Shown here piece after piece: positions 38,743-49,272 of a stretch of 64,000 nt of DNA. The position numbers were made by a program, and so were the translations under genes. The number at the start of each line of letters is the position of its first letter. Position 1 is the first letter of the stretch. The notes below the pieces were generated by a model, which ran no database searches, was not told the origin of the DNA, and was given only the letters and a program-made list of their open reading frames with translations. Source of the stretch: Candidatus Shapirobacteria bacterium (lineage in GTDB: Bacteria; Patescibacteriota; Microgenomatia; UBA12405); the NCBI GenBank assembly GCA_041665485.1, contig JBAYIT010000001.1, positions 73,884-137,883 of the forward strand. Direction: 5' to 3'.

Positions 38743-39021
38743 TTAGTCTCTTTCGACTTTGATGGTGCACTCGGTAAGGATGGCGGCCAGAGCACCAACA
38801 ACAATTAGGGGCGGAGAAAGAATGGCGCCGATGATACCTAGATTTAGGGGAATATTGAGAAGGTTCTTGCCATTTTTGTTGATAATGGAAATTTTGCGGA
38901 CGTTGCCCTCGGCAATGAGCTCTTTGACTTTTTTAACTAACTCTCTGCCCTCAACTTTAAAGGTTTCGGTTTTGGGAGCGGATTTTGGGGTACTGGTTTT
39001 AGCTTTAGTTTTAGTTGGCAT
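38743..39021 (-). CDS. DUF4342 domain protein
   Basis: VKELI.EGNVRKI, IPL..G, C.I.VER. Confidence 0.85.
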   Translation of the reverse strand: MPTKTKAKTSTPKSAPKTETFKVEGRELVKKVKELIAEGNVRKISIINKNGKNLLNIPLNLGIIGAILSPPLIVVGALAAILTECTIKVERD

Positions 39022-39043
39022 AATTTAGTGTAACATACGATGG

Positions 39044-40498
39044 ATGATAAGAGTTAGCAATCTAAAATTTAGATATGGAGGTGAGCCGGTATTTGACGGA
39101 GTTAGTTTTTTTGTAAATAAAGGAGAAAAAGTAGGTTTGGTGGGGCAAAATGGGAGCGGAAAATCGACCTTGTTTCGAATACTGGCGGGAATTGAAGCCC
39201 AGGACGAGGGGCGAATTGAAATGGGAGGAAAAATTTGGTTGGTGCCCCAAGAGATCAGACAAGATATGTTGATTGACGGAGCGGAAAGTATTAGCGACTA
39301 TCTTGATTTGGAAAAACAACATCCGGAATTTGAGTTGAAGCAAATGCTTGCCGGCATGGAAATGAAAAGGGTGAAACTAACAGATTTGCCAATCAATTTA
39401 AGTGGCGGACAAAAAACGAAGTTAGCCATAATTAAAGCATTGTTGGCCCAGCCGGAGATATTGTTGCTTGATGAACCGACGAATTTTTTGGATGTAAATG
39501 GTAAAAGGTGGATGTTTGAAACACTGGCAAAATACCCCAAAACACTGTTGGTCGTTTCCCACGATCTGCCTCTACTCAATAAAACAATTACTAAGGTGCT
39601 ATATATAAACCCCCAGTTTAGAAAGATTGACGAATATGTTGGCAACTATGATAAATTTCTAAAACAAAAGGCGGAAAAAGAAGCGCTTATAAAGAGGCAA
39701 ATTGAAACAGAGAAAAAACATATCGCTCAAATGAAGGAGAGTTTGGTGAAATCGGCCGGAGTGAAATCAAGCAAGGGGGTAAGACAAAGAATGAATGTAA
39801 AAAGGAGATTAGAAAAAATGGAGGAGATGTTACCGCCGATGCCGGCTGAAGCCAAAAAAATAAAAGTGGTGTTGCCGGAACCAATTTGGGTGGGCGAATT
39901 ACCGATATTTTGTGAAAATATAAGTAAAAGTTTTGGTGAAAATAAGGTGCTGTCGGGAGTTAACTTAACCATTAGGCGGGGCGAAAGAGTGGTGTTTCTA
40001 GGACCAAACGGGGCGGGAAAAAGCACGTTAATTAAAATACTTTTAGGAGTATATGAAGCGGACAGTGGCCGGGTGGTGAGGGACGCAAAATTGAAAACTG
40101 GCTATTACACCCAAGAACTGGAAAATTTTGATTATGGAATGAAGGTTTTAGAAACGGTAAGAATAAAAACTAGTAAATCAGAGGCGATGATTCGGCCGAT
40201 TTTAGCAAAATTTTTATTTCCCTTTGACAAACTCGAACAAAAAGTGGGGACGCTATCGGGAGGAGAAAAGACGAGACTGTCGATTGCTTGTCTGCTGTTA
40301 TCTGATTTTAATTTGTTGGTATTGGATGAACCAACAACTTACCTTGATGTGCTGTCGCAAAGACTAATCCTTGAAGGCTTAAAAGAATACAAAGGGGCGA
40401 TGATTTTGGTGTCGCACAACCCGGAATTTGTTGACGAAATCGCCCCACGGCAAAGACTGTATCTGCCGGAAAATAGGATTGAGGTAACTACCACTTGA
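39044..40498 (+). CDS. ABC-F family ATPase
   Basis: two ABC domains (GQNGSGKS, GPNGAGKS; LSGG; LDEPT) with linker, no TM. Confidence 0.9.
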   Translation: MIRVSNLKFRYGGEPVFDGVSFFVNKGEKVGLVGQNGSGKSTLFRILAGIEAQDEGRIEMGGKIWLVPQEIRQDMLIDGAESISDYLDLEKQHPEFELKQMLAGMEMKRVKLTDLPINLSGGQKTKLAIIKALLAQPEILLLDEPTNFLDVNGKRWMFETLAKYPKTLLVVSHDLPLLNKTITKVLYINPQFRKIDEYVGNYDKFLKQKAEKEALIKRQIETEKKHIAQMKESLVKSAGVKSSKGVRQRMNVKRRLEKMEEMLPPMPAEAKKIKVVLPEPIWVGELPIFCENISKSFGENKVLSGVNLTIRRGERVVFLGPNGAGKSTLIKILLGVYEADSGRVVRDAKLKTGYYTQELENFDYGMKVLETVRIKTSKSEAMIRPILAKFLFPFDKLEQKVGTLSGGEKTRLSIACLLLSDFNLLVLDEPTTYLDVLSQRLILEGLKEYKGAMILVSHNPEFVDEIAPRQRLYLPENRIEVTTT

Positions 40499-40523
40499 CA
40501 CACCCTAGGGGGGTGTGTAGAAT
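40495..40523 (+). promoter_or_regulatory. promoter with CsoR/RcnR-type operator
   Basis: TTGACA-17-TAGAAT enclosing the inverted repeat ACACACCC-tagg g-GGGTGTGT with a G tract. Confidence 0.75.
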
Positions 40524-40529
40524 GGAGGA

Positions 40530-40766
40530 GTGAAGACGATAAGTCAGAGGCTAAATAATATTGCCGGACAAATTGAAGGGGTAAAAAAACTGATTGACAA
40601 AAAAGAAGATTGTCTGTCGGTTTTAACCCAATTAAAGGCAGTTAAGTCGGCAGTTTCTAGCGTAATTGGCCAAGTGGTTGAAGAACAGTTTGACAACTGC
40701 TTAAATGATTTGTCGCCAAAACAAAAAAAATTATTGATTGAAATTAAAAAATATGCAACTAATTAA
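40530..40766 (+). CDS. CsoR/RcnR-family metal/redox-sensing repressor
   Basis: RL..I.GQI.GV, C..VL.QL.AV.SA, second Cys. Confidence 0.88.
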   Translation: MKTISQRLNNIAGQIEGVKKLIDKKEDCLSVLTQLKAVKSAVSSVIGQVVEEQFDNCLNDLSPKQKKLLIEIKKYATN

Positions 40767-41079
40767 TGTTGATAACCAAAATTTTGAGGCGGAAGTGCTA
40801 AAGTCCCCTATCCCGGTGTTAGTAGATTTCTGGGCGCCGTGGTGTGGGCCGTGCATGATGATGGGGCCGGTTTTAGAAGAAATTGCTAAGGAAATGGATG
40901 GCAAATTAAAAATTGCCAAATTAAATACTGATTTGGCAGAGAACCAACAGCTGGCAATTCAATACCAAATTCAAAGTATTCCCAACATGAAACTGTTTAA
41001 GGGCGGAGTGGTGGTAAAAGAAGTCATCGGCTTTAAACCAAAAGAGGCCCTGATGGCAGAAGTTAAAGAATTTATTTAA
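40753..41079 (+). CDS. trxA: thioredoxin
   Basis: DFWAPWCGPC, SIP. Confidence 0.93.
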   Translation: MQLINVDNQNFEAEVLKSPIPVLVDFWAPWCGPCMMMGPVLEEIAKEMDGKLKIAKLNTDLAENQQLAIQYQIQSIPNMKLFKGGVVVKEVIGFKPKEALMAEVKEFI

Positions 41080-41086
41080 TAAAAAA

Positions 41087-41581
41087 TTGAGTGAATACCT
41101 TGGGCTGACTGATGGAGTATTATTCGAAATAGATAATAGTGCCTATAGGCCACTTCGTGTGATTGGAGGTGAAAAATTTGATTTTTCCCCAAAAACACCA
41201 CCTGAAAAATCAAGGGGGATGGCTTTGGTGGTCGGATTAGAGGAATTACCACCACCAAGCGACAGCGAAGGAGATAGGGTTGATTTGAGACTATCAGCCC
41301 CAACAAGTTGGTATAATGTTTTTTTGGAAGAGTTTGAAAAACGATTGAGAACCTATGTGCCAAGATCGGCAAAGATTAATGGGGTGTGGATTTTGAGATC
41401 AAGCCAACAAATTAGCGAAGGTGGTTATTGGCCGATTTGGTTTGATCATAGACTAACTGGACCCGGGGAAATGATAACCTTGGGAATTCCCAAGGGCAGG
41501 AATATATTTCCAACAACCGAAGACCTAATTAGATCTTCATTATTTGCGGTGGCAAGGGCCTCAGTAAACGCAGTACAATGA
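41087..41581 (+). CDS. hypothetical protein
   Basis: fills the gap between trxA and malic enzyme in the same orientation. Confidence 0.5.
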   Translation: MSEYLGLTDGVLFEIDNSAYRPLRVIGGEKFDFSPKTPPEKSRGMALVVGLEELPPPSDSEGDRVDLRLSAPTSWYNVFLEEFEKRLRTYVPRSAKINGVWILRSSQQISEGGYWPIWFDHRLTGPGEMITLGIPKGRNIFPTTEDLIRSSLFAVARASVNAVQ

Positions 41582-41608
41582 AGATTATTACTAAGTAAGT
41601 AAAAAATC

Positions 41609-42760
41609 ATGGATTACAACCAAGCGTCGCTTGATAAGCATAAGCAATTTAGGGGGAAGATTGAAATTAGGTCGAAGTTTGGGGAAGTTAAAACGAGGGA
41701 TGATTTGAGCACGGCCTATACTCCGGGGGTGGCGGCGGTGTCAAAACTTCTGGCAGAGAAACCGGAAGAGGCAAAAAACTATTCGATTAAGGGTAATACT
41801 ATCGCTGTGGTATCGGACGGATCAGCAGTGCTGGGGTTGGGAAACATTGGGCCACTGGGAGCATTGCCAGTAATGGAAGGAAAAGCATTGCTGTTTAAGG
41901 AATTTGGCGGGGTGGATGCTTACCCGATTGTGTTGTCGACCCAAGAAACGGAAGAAATCATTAAAACGGTGGTGGCGATTGCCCCAACATTTGGAGGAAT
42001 AAACCTGGAAGATATAAGTGCGCCGAGGTGTTTTGAAATTGAAAAAAGATTACAGGAACAACTTGATATCCCGGTATTCCACGATGATCAACATGGGACG
42101 GCGATAGTAGTGCTGGCAGGGCTAATAAACAGTTTTAAATTAACGGATAGATCTAAAGAAGCAGTAAAAGTGGTAGTAAGTGGGGCTGGAGCGGCCGGAG
42201 TGGCAGTAACAAAATTACTGCTGGCTTTTGGAATTAAAAATGTAATCATGATTGATTCCGTAGGGATAATTTCTAAAGACAGGGCGGATTTAAATTGGAT
42301 TAAAAAAGAAATGGTGGAAGTGACTAACCCGGAAAACAAGCACGGGGGATTGGCGGAGGCAATAATTGGTGCTGATGTGTTTGTTGGAGTAAGTGCCCCG
42401 GGAATATTGACCGGTGAGATGGTGAAAAGTATGGCGGAAAGGTCGATTGTGATGGCCATGGCTAATCCGGTGCCGGAAATTATGCCTGAGGTAGCGTTGA
42501 CGGCCGGAGCTTATATAGTAGGAACCGGTAGAAGCGATTACCCTAATCAAATAAATAATGTGTTGGCATTTCCGGGAATTTTTAGAGGGTTGCTGGATTC
42601 GGGGGTGAAAAGGGTGAACGATGAAATAAAATTGGCGGCAGCAGAGGCGATTGCAACATGTGTTAATGAAGCGGACTTGGGGCCAGAAATGATTATCCCC
42701 TCACCTTTTAATAAAGAGGTGGCCCTAAAAGTGGCTCAAAGTGTGAGAAAATTGGGATAA
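41609..42760 (+). CDS. NAD(P)-dependent malic enzyme
   Basis: [42 protein letters not shown]. Confidence 0.93.
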   Translation: MDYNQASLDKHKQFRGKIEIRSKFGEVKTRDDLSTAYTPGVAAVSKLLAEKPEEAKNYSIKGNTIAVVSDGSAVLGLGNIGPLGALPVMEGKALLFKEFGGVDAYPIVLSTQETEEIIKTVVAIAPTFGGINLEDISAPRCFEIEKRLQEQLDIPVFHDDQHGTAIVVLAGLINSFKLTDRSKEAVKVVVSGAGAAGVAVTKLLLAFGIKNVIMIDSVGIISKDRADLNWIKKEMVEVTNPENKHGGLAEAIIGADVFVGVSAPGILTGEMVKSMAERSIVMAMANPVPEIMPEVALTAGAYIVGTGRSDYPNQINNVLAFPGIFRGLLDSGVKRVNDEIKLAAAEAIATCVNEADLGPEMIIPSPFNKEVALKVAQSVRKLG

Positions 42761-43977
42761 TGAAAAGATGGATAATTGTTGTTGGCTTGAGTGTTTTGTA
42801 TTTGGGGGTAAGGCTGTGGCATTTTGAAGAAGCGATGACGTTTCACTTGGACCAAGGATTGCACTTGCTAGAGGCAAAGGATATGGTCGACTCGGGGAAA
42901 ATTAGATTAATTGGGCCAATGGTGTCTTCAAAAACGTTTTTGGATCGTGGATTTTTTATCGGACCGCAATATTATTATGTCTTGGCAGTTTTGGGAATAT
43001 TAACCAGTTGGAACGCATTGGCGATAACAATAATTTTACTGGTAGTTGAATTTGGAGCAGTGTTGTTATTGATTAGGTGGATAAAGAGGAAATTTTCATT
43101 TGAAATAGCAATGATAGTAATGGCGTTAGTTACCCTGTCGCCTTATTTAATAATTCATAGCCGTTTTATTTGGAACCCGCATTTTTTGTGGCCACTGGGA
43201 ACAGTTGGATTAATAACAGCAGAAAAGGCAATTAAAAATAAAAAATGGTGGGTGGTTTTGGGAATTTTGTGGGGAGTGGCGTTCGGTTTTCATTACAGTG
43301 CCGTATTGTGGATGTTTTGGGTGGCGATATTTTGGTGGAAGCAAAAAAACAGAAAGTTAACCGATTGGTTAATAATGGGAGTGGGGGTGGGGTTAGGCAA
43401 TCTCCCCTATTGGCTATTTGAATTGCGACATAGTCTTTATAATTTAAAAACTTTGGGGTGGGTAATCAGTAACAGTAATGGCGGTTTTAGACTTGAGCCG
43501 CATTATGTTATTTACCCTCTTTTACCCCTTTTTGTTTATTTATTAATTGAATGGCTTAAAATAAAACCCAACAAAGTATTAATAATAGTGGTGGGACTAA
43601 TGTTAGTAATTGGACAGAGTTTAATTTTTAGGGACAGATTGCCACTTGGGCACCCACCGGGGTGGAATCTTCTAATAGAAAGATTGGTGGTGAATAAAAT
43701 TTTGGACAAGGGGTGTCCAAAAAACTACAATGTGGCTAGCACGGTTTCGGGGGATACCAGGGCTTATGATTTGAGGTTTTTATTGACGGCCAGGGGTTGC
43801 CCACCAATGGGAGTAACCGAATACCCTAGAGCAGAAAAATTATTTTTAGTGGCGCCGCCGACTAGGCCGCCAGAAAACGAGGAGGTGTGGGAGGTGAACA
43901 GCTTGGGTAAAATTAAAGTTGTAGAAAGGTTAGTAATTAATGATAAAGTGGTGTTTTATGAACTGGAAAAAAATTAA
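42760..43977 (+). CDS. GT-C-like membrane glycosyltransferase
   Basis: F..DQ, LIGP, GP.YYY, SRF.WNP. Confidence 0.75.
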   Translation: MKRWIIVVGLSVLYLGVRLWHFEEAMTFHLDQGLHLLEAKDMVDSGKIRLIGPMVSSKTFLDRGFFIGPQYYYVLAVLGILTSWNALAITIILLVVEFGAVLLLIRWIKRKFSFEIAMIVMALVTLSPYLIIHSRFIWNPHFLWPLGTVGLITAEKAIKNKKWWVVLGILWGVAFGFHYSAVLWMFWVAIFWWKQKNRKLTDWLIMGVGVGLGNLPYWLFELRHSLYNLKTLGWVISNSNGGFRLEPHYVIYPLLPLFVYLLIEWLKIKPNKVLIIVVGLMLVIGQSLIFRDRLPLGHPPGWNLLIERLVVNKILDKGCPKNYNVASTVSGDTRAYDLRFLLTARGCPPMGVTEYPRAEKLFLVAPPTRPPENEEVWEVNSLGKIKVVERLVINDKVVFYELEKN

Positions 43978-45691
43978 CCCGTATTTTTGGATAATTACAC
44001 TGGCCTTGGTGTTAAGAGTGTGGGGATATGATAAAAATCCAGTGGGGCTGGTGCATGACGAAATTCATCAATTGGTTAATGCCAAATCGTTATTGTTAAC
44101 CGGAAAAGAGGCAGCAGGGACCGGAGCTGGAGTATTTAACAATAATCCATACTGTGAGGGAAATTGTGTTTTTGGTGAATTGCCAAGTTATTTGTTGGTG
44201 CCCTTCGCTTTATTGCCAACAAATTTTCCCTGGCTTAAATTACCGTTTATTATCCTGTCGTTGGCGATGGTTTATCTGGGAGGAAAGTTTTTTGAAAATT
44301 TGACTGGGAACAAAAAAATTGGAATGTTGGTTGGTTTAGTAACGGCAATTAACCCGTGGTCGGTAAATTTTGGAAGGACGGCTTATGAAAATCTTTTTTC
44401 GTTTATGTTTTATTTCTGGAGTCTGTATTTATGGACAAAAAAACCAGTAAAACTAACGAACAAAATTGGGGCGATAGTGACTGGTTTGGCGGCATCGTTG
44501 TGTTATTTCGGAGCCAAACCTATTTTTGTGCCAATAATGTTACTAGGGTTGGGGTATAGCTGGTTTGAGGAAAAGAAAAACATAAGGAAATATTTAATTT
44601 TGGGAATGGTGGTAGTGATTCTGATGGCAGGATACGGATTGATTTTGAAAAATTCTTATGCCGGAGTACGGCTTAAAGAAACTAATTTAATAAATCGAGA
44701 GGTGGTGGAACAGGTGAATGAGGAGAGAAGAATGTCGCTTGAGATACCGATTTTTAGGGATGTTTTTATCAATAAATACACAGTGTTGGCCAAAATCTTA
44801 ATAAAAAAGTATTTTGCGGTTTTAGCGCCTAACTATCTATTTAATGAGGGTGAATTGGGCTATGACCACTTTATGATTGCCAACCATCCATTTTTATATT
44901 TGATTGATTTACCACTAATACTTTTAGGGTTATATTTTTTGGCGGTTAACAACGCCAGAGCGTTGGTTTTAATTGGAGGATTATTGTTTGTTTTACCGAT
45001 AACGCCGACACTAAGTAACTTTGCTTCGACTTATGCATTAAGGGCAGGTTTAGTCTTTCCGATTTTAGCGGGAGTTTCGGGGGTGGGAATTTATGAACTT
45101 AATAAATTGTTAGGAAATAAAAAAAGGTGGATGGTGGGGCTAGTGTTTTTAGGATACTTGGTATCGATAATCAATTTTTTGGTAATGTATTGGTTTAGAA
45201 CACCCTTTGAAAAGAGTGCTGGGTGGGTATTTTTTGAGAGAGAAACGGCGAGGTATATAAGTTTGGTTCAGGATATTAACAAAACAACTAAGATTGAATT
45301 GACTACTAAAGACCCGGTGGATGTGATTTATGAATATGCTTTATTCACAGGAAAAATTAATAATAAGATTTTTGTTGAAGAAATGAATCGGGCAATAACC
45401 AGCAGGACTTATATGGTGAATGGAATTAAATTTTCTAAATTGTGTCCAACAGAGATTGATGACAAAACGGTGTATTTATGGGAGAGAGAGCAGGGTTGCG
45501 TTAAAGAACCGAATAGACTGGCCCGAATATCGGAACCAAGGGATGGAGGGGCAAGATATTTCATCCCCAACGAACAGTTGTGCGAAGGCGTAACTTTGGG
45601 CGCTTACCCGTTCCCAAGAAAAGTTGAAGATTTTATGATTGAGAAGATGGATAGAAATGAATTTTGCCAAAAATGGATTAGTAAACCGTAG
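43958..45691 (+). CDS. GT-C (ArnT/PMT-like) membrane glycosyltransferase
   Basis: P.GL..DE, INPW...FGR.AYE, YLF..G, multi-TM. Confidence 0.75.
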   Translation: MNWKKINPYFWIITLALVLRVWGYDKNPVGLVHDEIHQLVNAKSLLLTGKEAAGTGAGVFNNNPYCEGNCVFGELPSYLLVPFALLPTNFPWLKLPFIILSLAMVYLGGKFFENLTGNKKIGMLVGLVTAINPWSVNFGRTAYENLFSFMFYFWSLYLWTKKPVKLTNKIGAIVTGLAASLCYFGAKPIFVPIMLLGLGYSWFEEKKNIRKYLILGMVVVILMAGYGLILKNSYAGVRLKETNLINREVVEQVNEERRMSLEIPIFRDVFINKYTVLAKILIKKYFAVLAPNYLFNEGELGYDHFMIANHPFLYLIDLPLILLGLYFLAVNNARALVLIGGLLFVLPITPTLSNFASTYALRAGLVFPILAGVSGVGIYELNKLLGNKKRWMVGLVFLGYLVSIINFLVMYWFRTPFEKSAGWVFFERETARYISLVQDINKTTKIELTTKDPVDVIYEYALFTGKINNKIFVEEMNRAITSRTYMVNGIKFSKLCPTEIDDKTVYLWEREQGCVKEPNRLARISEPRDGGARYFIPNEQLCEGVTLGAYPFPRKVEDFMIEKMDRNEFCQKWISKP

Positions 45692-45716
45692 GGCAGATAA
45701 GATGGTAAAATAGGAA

Positions 45717-46901
45717 ATGTTGTATAAAAAGCGACTGGAAAGAAATATCTTTCTGTCTTATGTCTCGACTTTTTTAGTGTCGTGGTTGTTCTTCATTCCC
45801 ATATGGTTCTCCTTTGAAACACAATTTGCCAACCCCGGGTTACTTTCAGTAATTTACGCTTTGACTTATGTGATAACAATTATTTTAGAGATTCCAACAG
45901 GGGCTTTGGCTGATCTTATTGGTAGAAAAAGTACAGTAATAACTGGGTCAATTATTCAAGGATTGGGGTGGATTTTAATTTCACAGTCAAAAGGAGTTGA
46001 ATGGTTGTGGTGTGGTTATGGAATAGGAGCGATAGGAGGAGCTTTGATTTCTGGCGCCAATACAGCATTGGTATATGACTCATTAAAGGAATTGGGGAGA
46101 GAACGATATTTTGCCAGATTTTCGAGTCTTAGCGGTCTACTTTTTAGAGTAGGAATGATATTTTCGTCTTTTTTAGGTGGATACATTTATTTGATCAATA
46201 AGGGATTGCCTTATATCTTAGTAGGAGTCAATTATATTTTAGCTGGAATAGTGACTTTTCTAATAATTGAACCAAAAATTGATTCGGAGAAGTTTAGTTT
46301 CCAAAATTATTTACGACAGACAGGTCTGGGGGTAAAGCATCTTTTGGCCAATGAAAAAATTAAATGGTACTCGGTTTATTACATGATTATTGGAGGAACA
46401 ACTTGGTATTTTCAATATTTCTTAAATCAAAGTTACGCCACACTGATGGGATTTGACGAAATTCAAAGGAGCTGGCTGTTTTCTAGTGTTTTTTTAATAA
46501 TCGGAGTTTTGGGGTTGTTTATCGCTAAACATGTAAGTAAGTACAAATTTTTTATCGTGATGTTGCCGGTGTTGACAATTGTCGGTTATTTTTCCGGAGC
46601 GGTGGCAAATAGTTTGGTGGCAATAGTTGCCATATTTTTGGTTCAATTTACGGGAACGTTGCGTTTTTCCATTTTAGATCAATATGCTAATGATCAAATT
46701 GAGTCAAGATATAGAGCAACGGCGTTATCGGTTTTGAATATGTCAGTTAGCTTGGTATTTGTGGTTTTATCTCTCGGATTAAGCTCGGTTATAGATTCTC
46801 ACGGCGCTAAAATAGTTATGGGAATAATGGGGATGATTACATTAATAGCGGGAGTGCCGGCAACAATTAAAGTATTGGTTAATGAAAGAAATGGAAAATA
46901 G
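45717..46901 (+). CDS. MFS transporter
   Basis: EIPTGALAD.IGRK, ALVYDSLKE, YRATALS. Confidence 0.88.
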   Translation: MLYKKRLERNIFLSYVSTFLVSWLFFIPIWFSFETQFANPGLLSVIYALTYVITIILEIPTGALADLIGRKSTVITGSIIQGLGWILISQSKGVEWLWCGYGIGAIGGALISGANTALVYDSLKELGRERYFARFSSLSGLLFRVGMIFSSFLGGYIYLINKGLPYILVGVNYILAGIVTFLIIEPKIDSEKFSFQNYLRQTGLGVKHLLANEKIKWYSVYYMIIGGTTWYFQYFLNQSYATLMGFDEIQRSWLFSSVFLIIGVLGLFIAKHVSKYKFFIVMLPVLTIVGYFSGAVANSLVAIVAIFLVQFTGTLRFSILDQYANDQIESRYRATALSVLNMSVSLVFVVLSLGLSSVIDSHGAKIVMGIMGMITLIAGVPATIKVLVNERNGK

Positions 46902-47463
46902 ACAGGAGAAGATTGAGAGGGTGATTGGGAATAGGAGAGAGGGGGTGGTGGTGCTGGAAGATATTCATGACCCACATAATGCGGCGGCGGTATGGAGAAG
47001 TTGTGATGCTTTTGGCTGGCAAAAAGTCTATTTGATTTTTGATAAAGAAATCCCTTTTAATCCAAAAAAGGTTGGTAAAGCCAGTTCGTCATCGGCCAAT
47101 AAATGGCTAACTTTTAAGATTTTTAAGTCGACAAAAGAATGTTTTGAAGAACTAAAAAAGGATGGCTTTGAAATTTACGCCACAGTACTTGATGAGGGAT
47201 CGAAGGGCTTGTGGGAAACAAAATTTAGAAACAAGAAAACAGCCATAGCTTTGGGAAACGAGCATAGAGGATTGTCGGAAACGGCAGTGAAATTGGCTGA
47301 CCGAAAAATTTATATTCCAATGAGAGGAATGGTGCAGAGTTTGAATTTGTCGGTGACGGCGGGGATAGTGTTGGCAGAGGCCGAAAGACAGAGAAATTCA
47401 GATCCTAGATCTTGGATGTTAGATCTTAGGGAAAAAGAAGAGTTGTTGAAGAGGTGGAGATAG
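46882..47463 (+). CDS. trmH: TrmH/SpoU tRNA (Gm18) methyltransferase
   Basis: DPHN.AA..RSCDAFG, GNEHRG, IPM.GMVQSLNLSV. Confidence 0.82.
   Translation: MKEMENRQEKIERVIGNRREGVVVLEDIHDPHNAAAVWRSCDAFGWQKVYLIFDKEIPFNPKKVGKASSSSANKWLTFKIFKSTKECFEELKKDGFEIYATVLDEGSKGLWETKFRNKKTAIALGNEHRGLSETAVKLADRKIYIPMRGMVQSLNLSVTAGIVLAEAERQRNSDPRSWMLDLREKEELLKRWR
47399..47430 (+). repeat. 7-nt tandem repeat inside the trmH 3' end
   Basis: cagatcc tagatct tggatgt tagatct. Confidence 0.65.
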
Positions 47464-47487
47464 GAAGGGAACTGTATAATAGGGCTT

Positions 47488-49266
47488 ATGGTTAGCAAAA
47501 AACAAATAAGCTGGAACCTGGATGGTTTGTATAAAGCGGAGGAGTTTGAAAAGAAATTGAAAGAGACGGAAGAAGAATTAAAAAAGTTTGATGAGTGGTG
47601 GGAGAAAATAAGCCCGGAAATGGCGGAGGAGGAATTTAAAAAATTGTTGGTATTTTTGGAAGAATTTTCAGATAAGCTGGCTATTTTGGGAGGGAGGCCG
47701 GGGTTGGCCGAATCGGTTGATCAAAAAGATAGAGAAGCAAAACTACAAAGGGCAAAAATAGAAGAATTGGGATTAAGAATTGCCGATAAAACTAGAAAAT
47801 TTGATCATTGGATAAAAGGGCTACCACTAGAAAGCAGAAAAACACTTGATGACAAAAATGCCAAAAGACTGTTTGGAGTAATTGCCGATTTAAAATATGG
47901 ATTGGAAAAAGGGAGAGAAGCGGCCAAACATACTTTGAGCCAAAAAGAGGAAAGAATAATTGATTATAAAGATACTTTTGGAATTGGGCCATTAAATGAT
48001 CTTCGAGAAATGGTGGTGACAGAGTGGGATTTTGACTTAAAAATTGGCAAAAAGATTAAAAAGATTAAAACACAGTCGGATTTGATGGCGCTTGTCCATA
48101 GCCCAAAAAGAGAAATAAGAAAGGCGGCATATAAAGCTTTATGGCAAAAATATGGAAAAAATATTGATAAGCTATTTTTGGTTTATAGCAATGTGGTCAA
48201 AGATTGGGGTTTTGAGGCTAAGGCGAGGAATTACAAAAGCCCAATTGGTGTGAGAAATTTTGGTAATAATATACCCGATGAAGCCGTAGAAACATTGATG
48301 GAAGTGTGCCGAGAAAAAAAGCCGATATTTGAGAGATATTTTAAAACCAAGGCAAAGATATTGGGACTAAAAAAACTGTCGCGATGGGACGTTTATGCCC
48401 CAACGGGGGTGGAGGTGGATAAAAAAATTGATTATACCCACGCCAAAGAAATAGTTCTGGAAAACTTTAATAAATTCGGGCCGAAATTTTTTGAATATGC
48501 AAAAGAGATTCTTGATAAAAAGCACGTCGACGTGTTTCCAAGACCAAGTAAAAGAAGCGGGGCGTTTTGCGCCACTATTAGCCCAAGAATTGCCCCATAT
48601 GTGATGCTTAATCACACCAATAAATTACGAGATGTGATGACACTGGCCCATGAACTGGGGCACGGAGTTCATTCGTTATTTGGGCAAAACCATTATCCTT
48701 CGGCTCAACATGCCGGGTTGCCACTGGCGGAAACAGCCTCGACTTTGGGAGAAATGATGGTGTTTGAAGAAATTTACAAAAACAGCGATAAAAAAACGAA
48801 AAAGGCCTTGTTGGTGGAAAAAATGGCTGACAGCTATGCCACTATTTTGAGGCAAAATTATTTTGTGATGTTTGAGAAAGAAGCCCACGAAAAAATTCCC
48901 GGAGGAATAAGGGTGGAAGAGTTAAATAAAATGTATCTAGATAATTTGAAAGATCAGTTTGGGGGGAGTGTGGTAGTTTCTGACGACTTTAAATACGAAT
49001 GGGCGTATGTGTCGCATATTTTTGAAACGCCGTTTTATTGTTATGCCTACAACTTTGGTCAATTGGTGTCGTATTACTTGTATTCAAGGTATAAAAATGA
49101 AGGAAAAGGGTTTGTAAAAGTAATCGAAAAGATACTGGAGGCAGGTGGATCAAGAGATCCGGATCTGGTTTTAAAGGAAGTTGGGATTGATATGAGGGAT
49201 AGAAATTTTTGGGTAAACGCTTTTGGGGTAGTAGAAAGTTGGCAAAAAGAATTAGAGGGGCTTTGA
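47488..49266 (+). CDS. pepF: oligoendopeptidase F (M3B)
   Basis: K.SGAF, TLAHELGH, AETAS, HIF.TPFYCYAY. Confidence 0.9.
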   Translation: MVSKKQISWNLDGLYKAEEFEKKLKETEEELKKFDEWWEKISPEMAEEEFKKLLVFLEEFSDKLAILGGRPGLAESVDQKDREAKLQRAKIEELGLRIADKTRKFDHWIKGLPLESRKTLDDKNAKRLFGVIADLKYGLEKGREAAKHTLSQKEERIIDYKDTFGIGPLNDLREMVVTEWDFDLKIGKKIKKIKTQSDLMALVHSPKREIRKAAYKALWQKYGKNIDKLFLVYSNVVKDWGFEAKARNYKSPIGVRNFGNNIPDEAVETLMEVCREKKPIFERYFKTKAKILGLKKLSRWDVYAPTGVEVDKKIDYTHAKEIVLENFNKFGPKFFEYAKEILDKKHVDVFPRPSKRSGAFCATISPRIAPYVMLNHTNKLRDVMTLAHELGHGVHSLFGQNHYPSAQHAGLPLAETASTLGEMMVFEEIYKNSDKKTKKALLVEKMADSYATILRQNYFVMFEKEAHEKIPGGIRVEELNKMYLDNLKDQFGGSVVVSDDFKYEWAYVSHIFETPFYCYAYNFGQLVSYYLYSRYKNEGKGFVKVIEKILEAGGSRDPDLVLKEVGIDMRDRNFWVNAFGVVESWQKELEGL

Positions 49267-49272
49267 AAGTAG

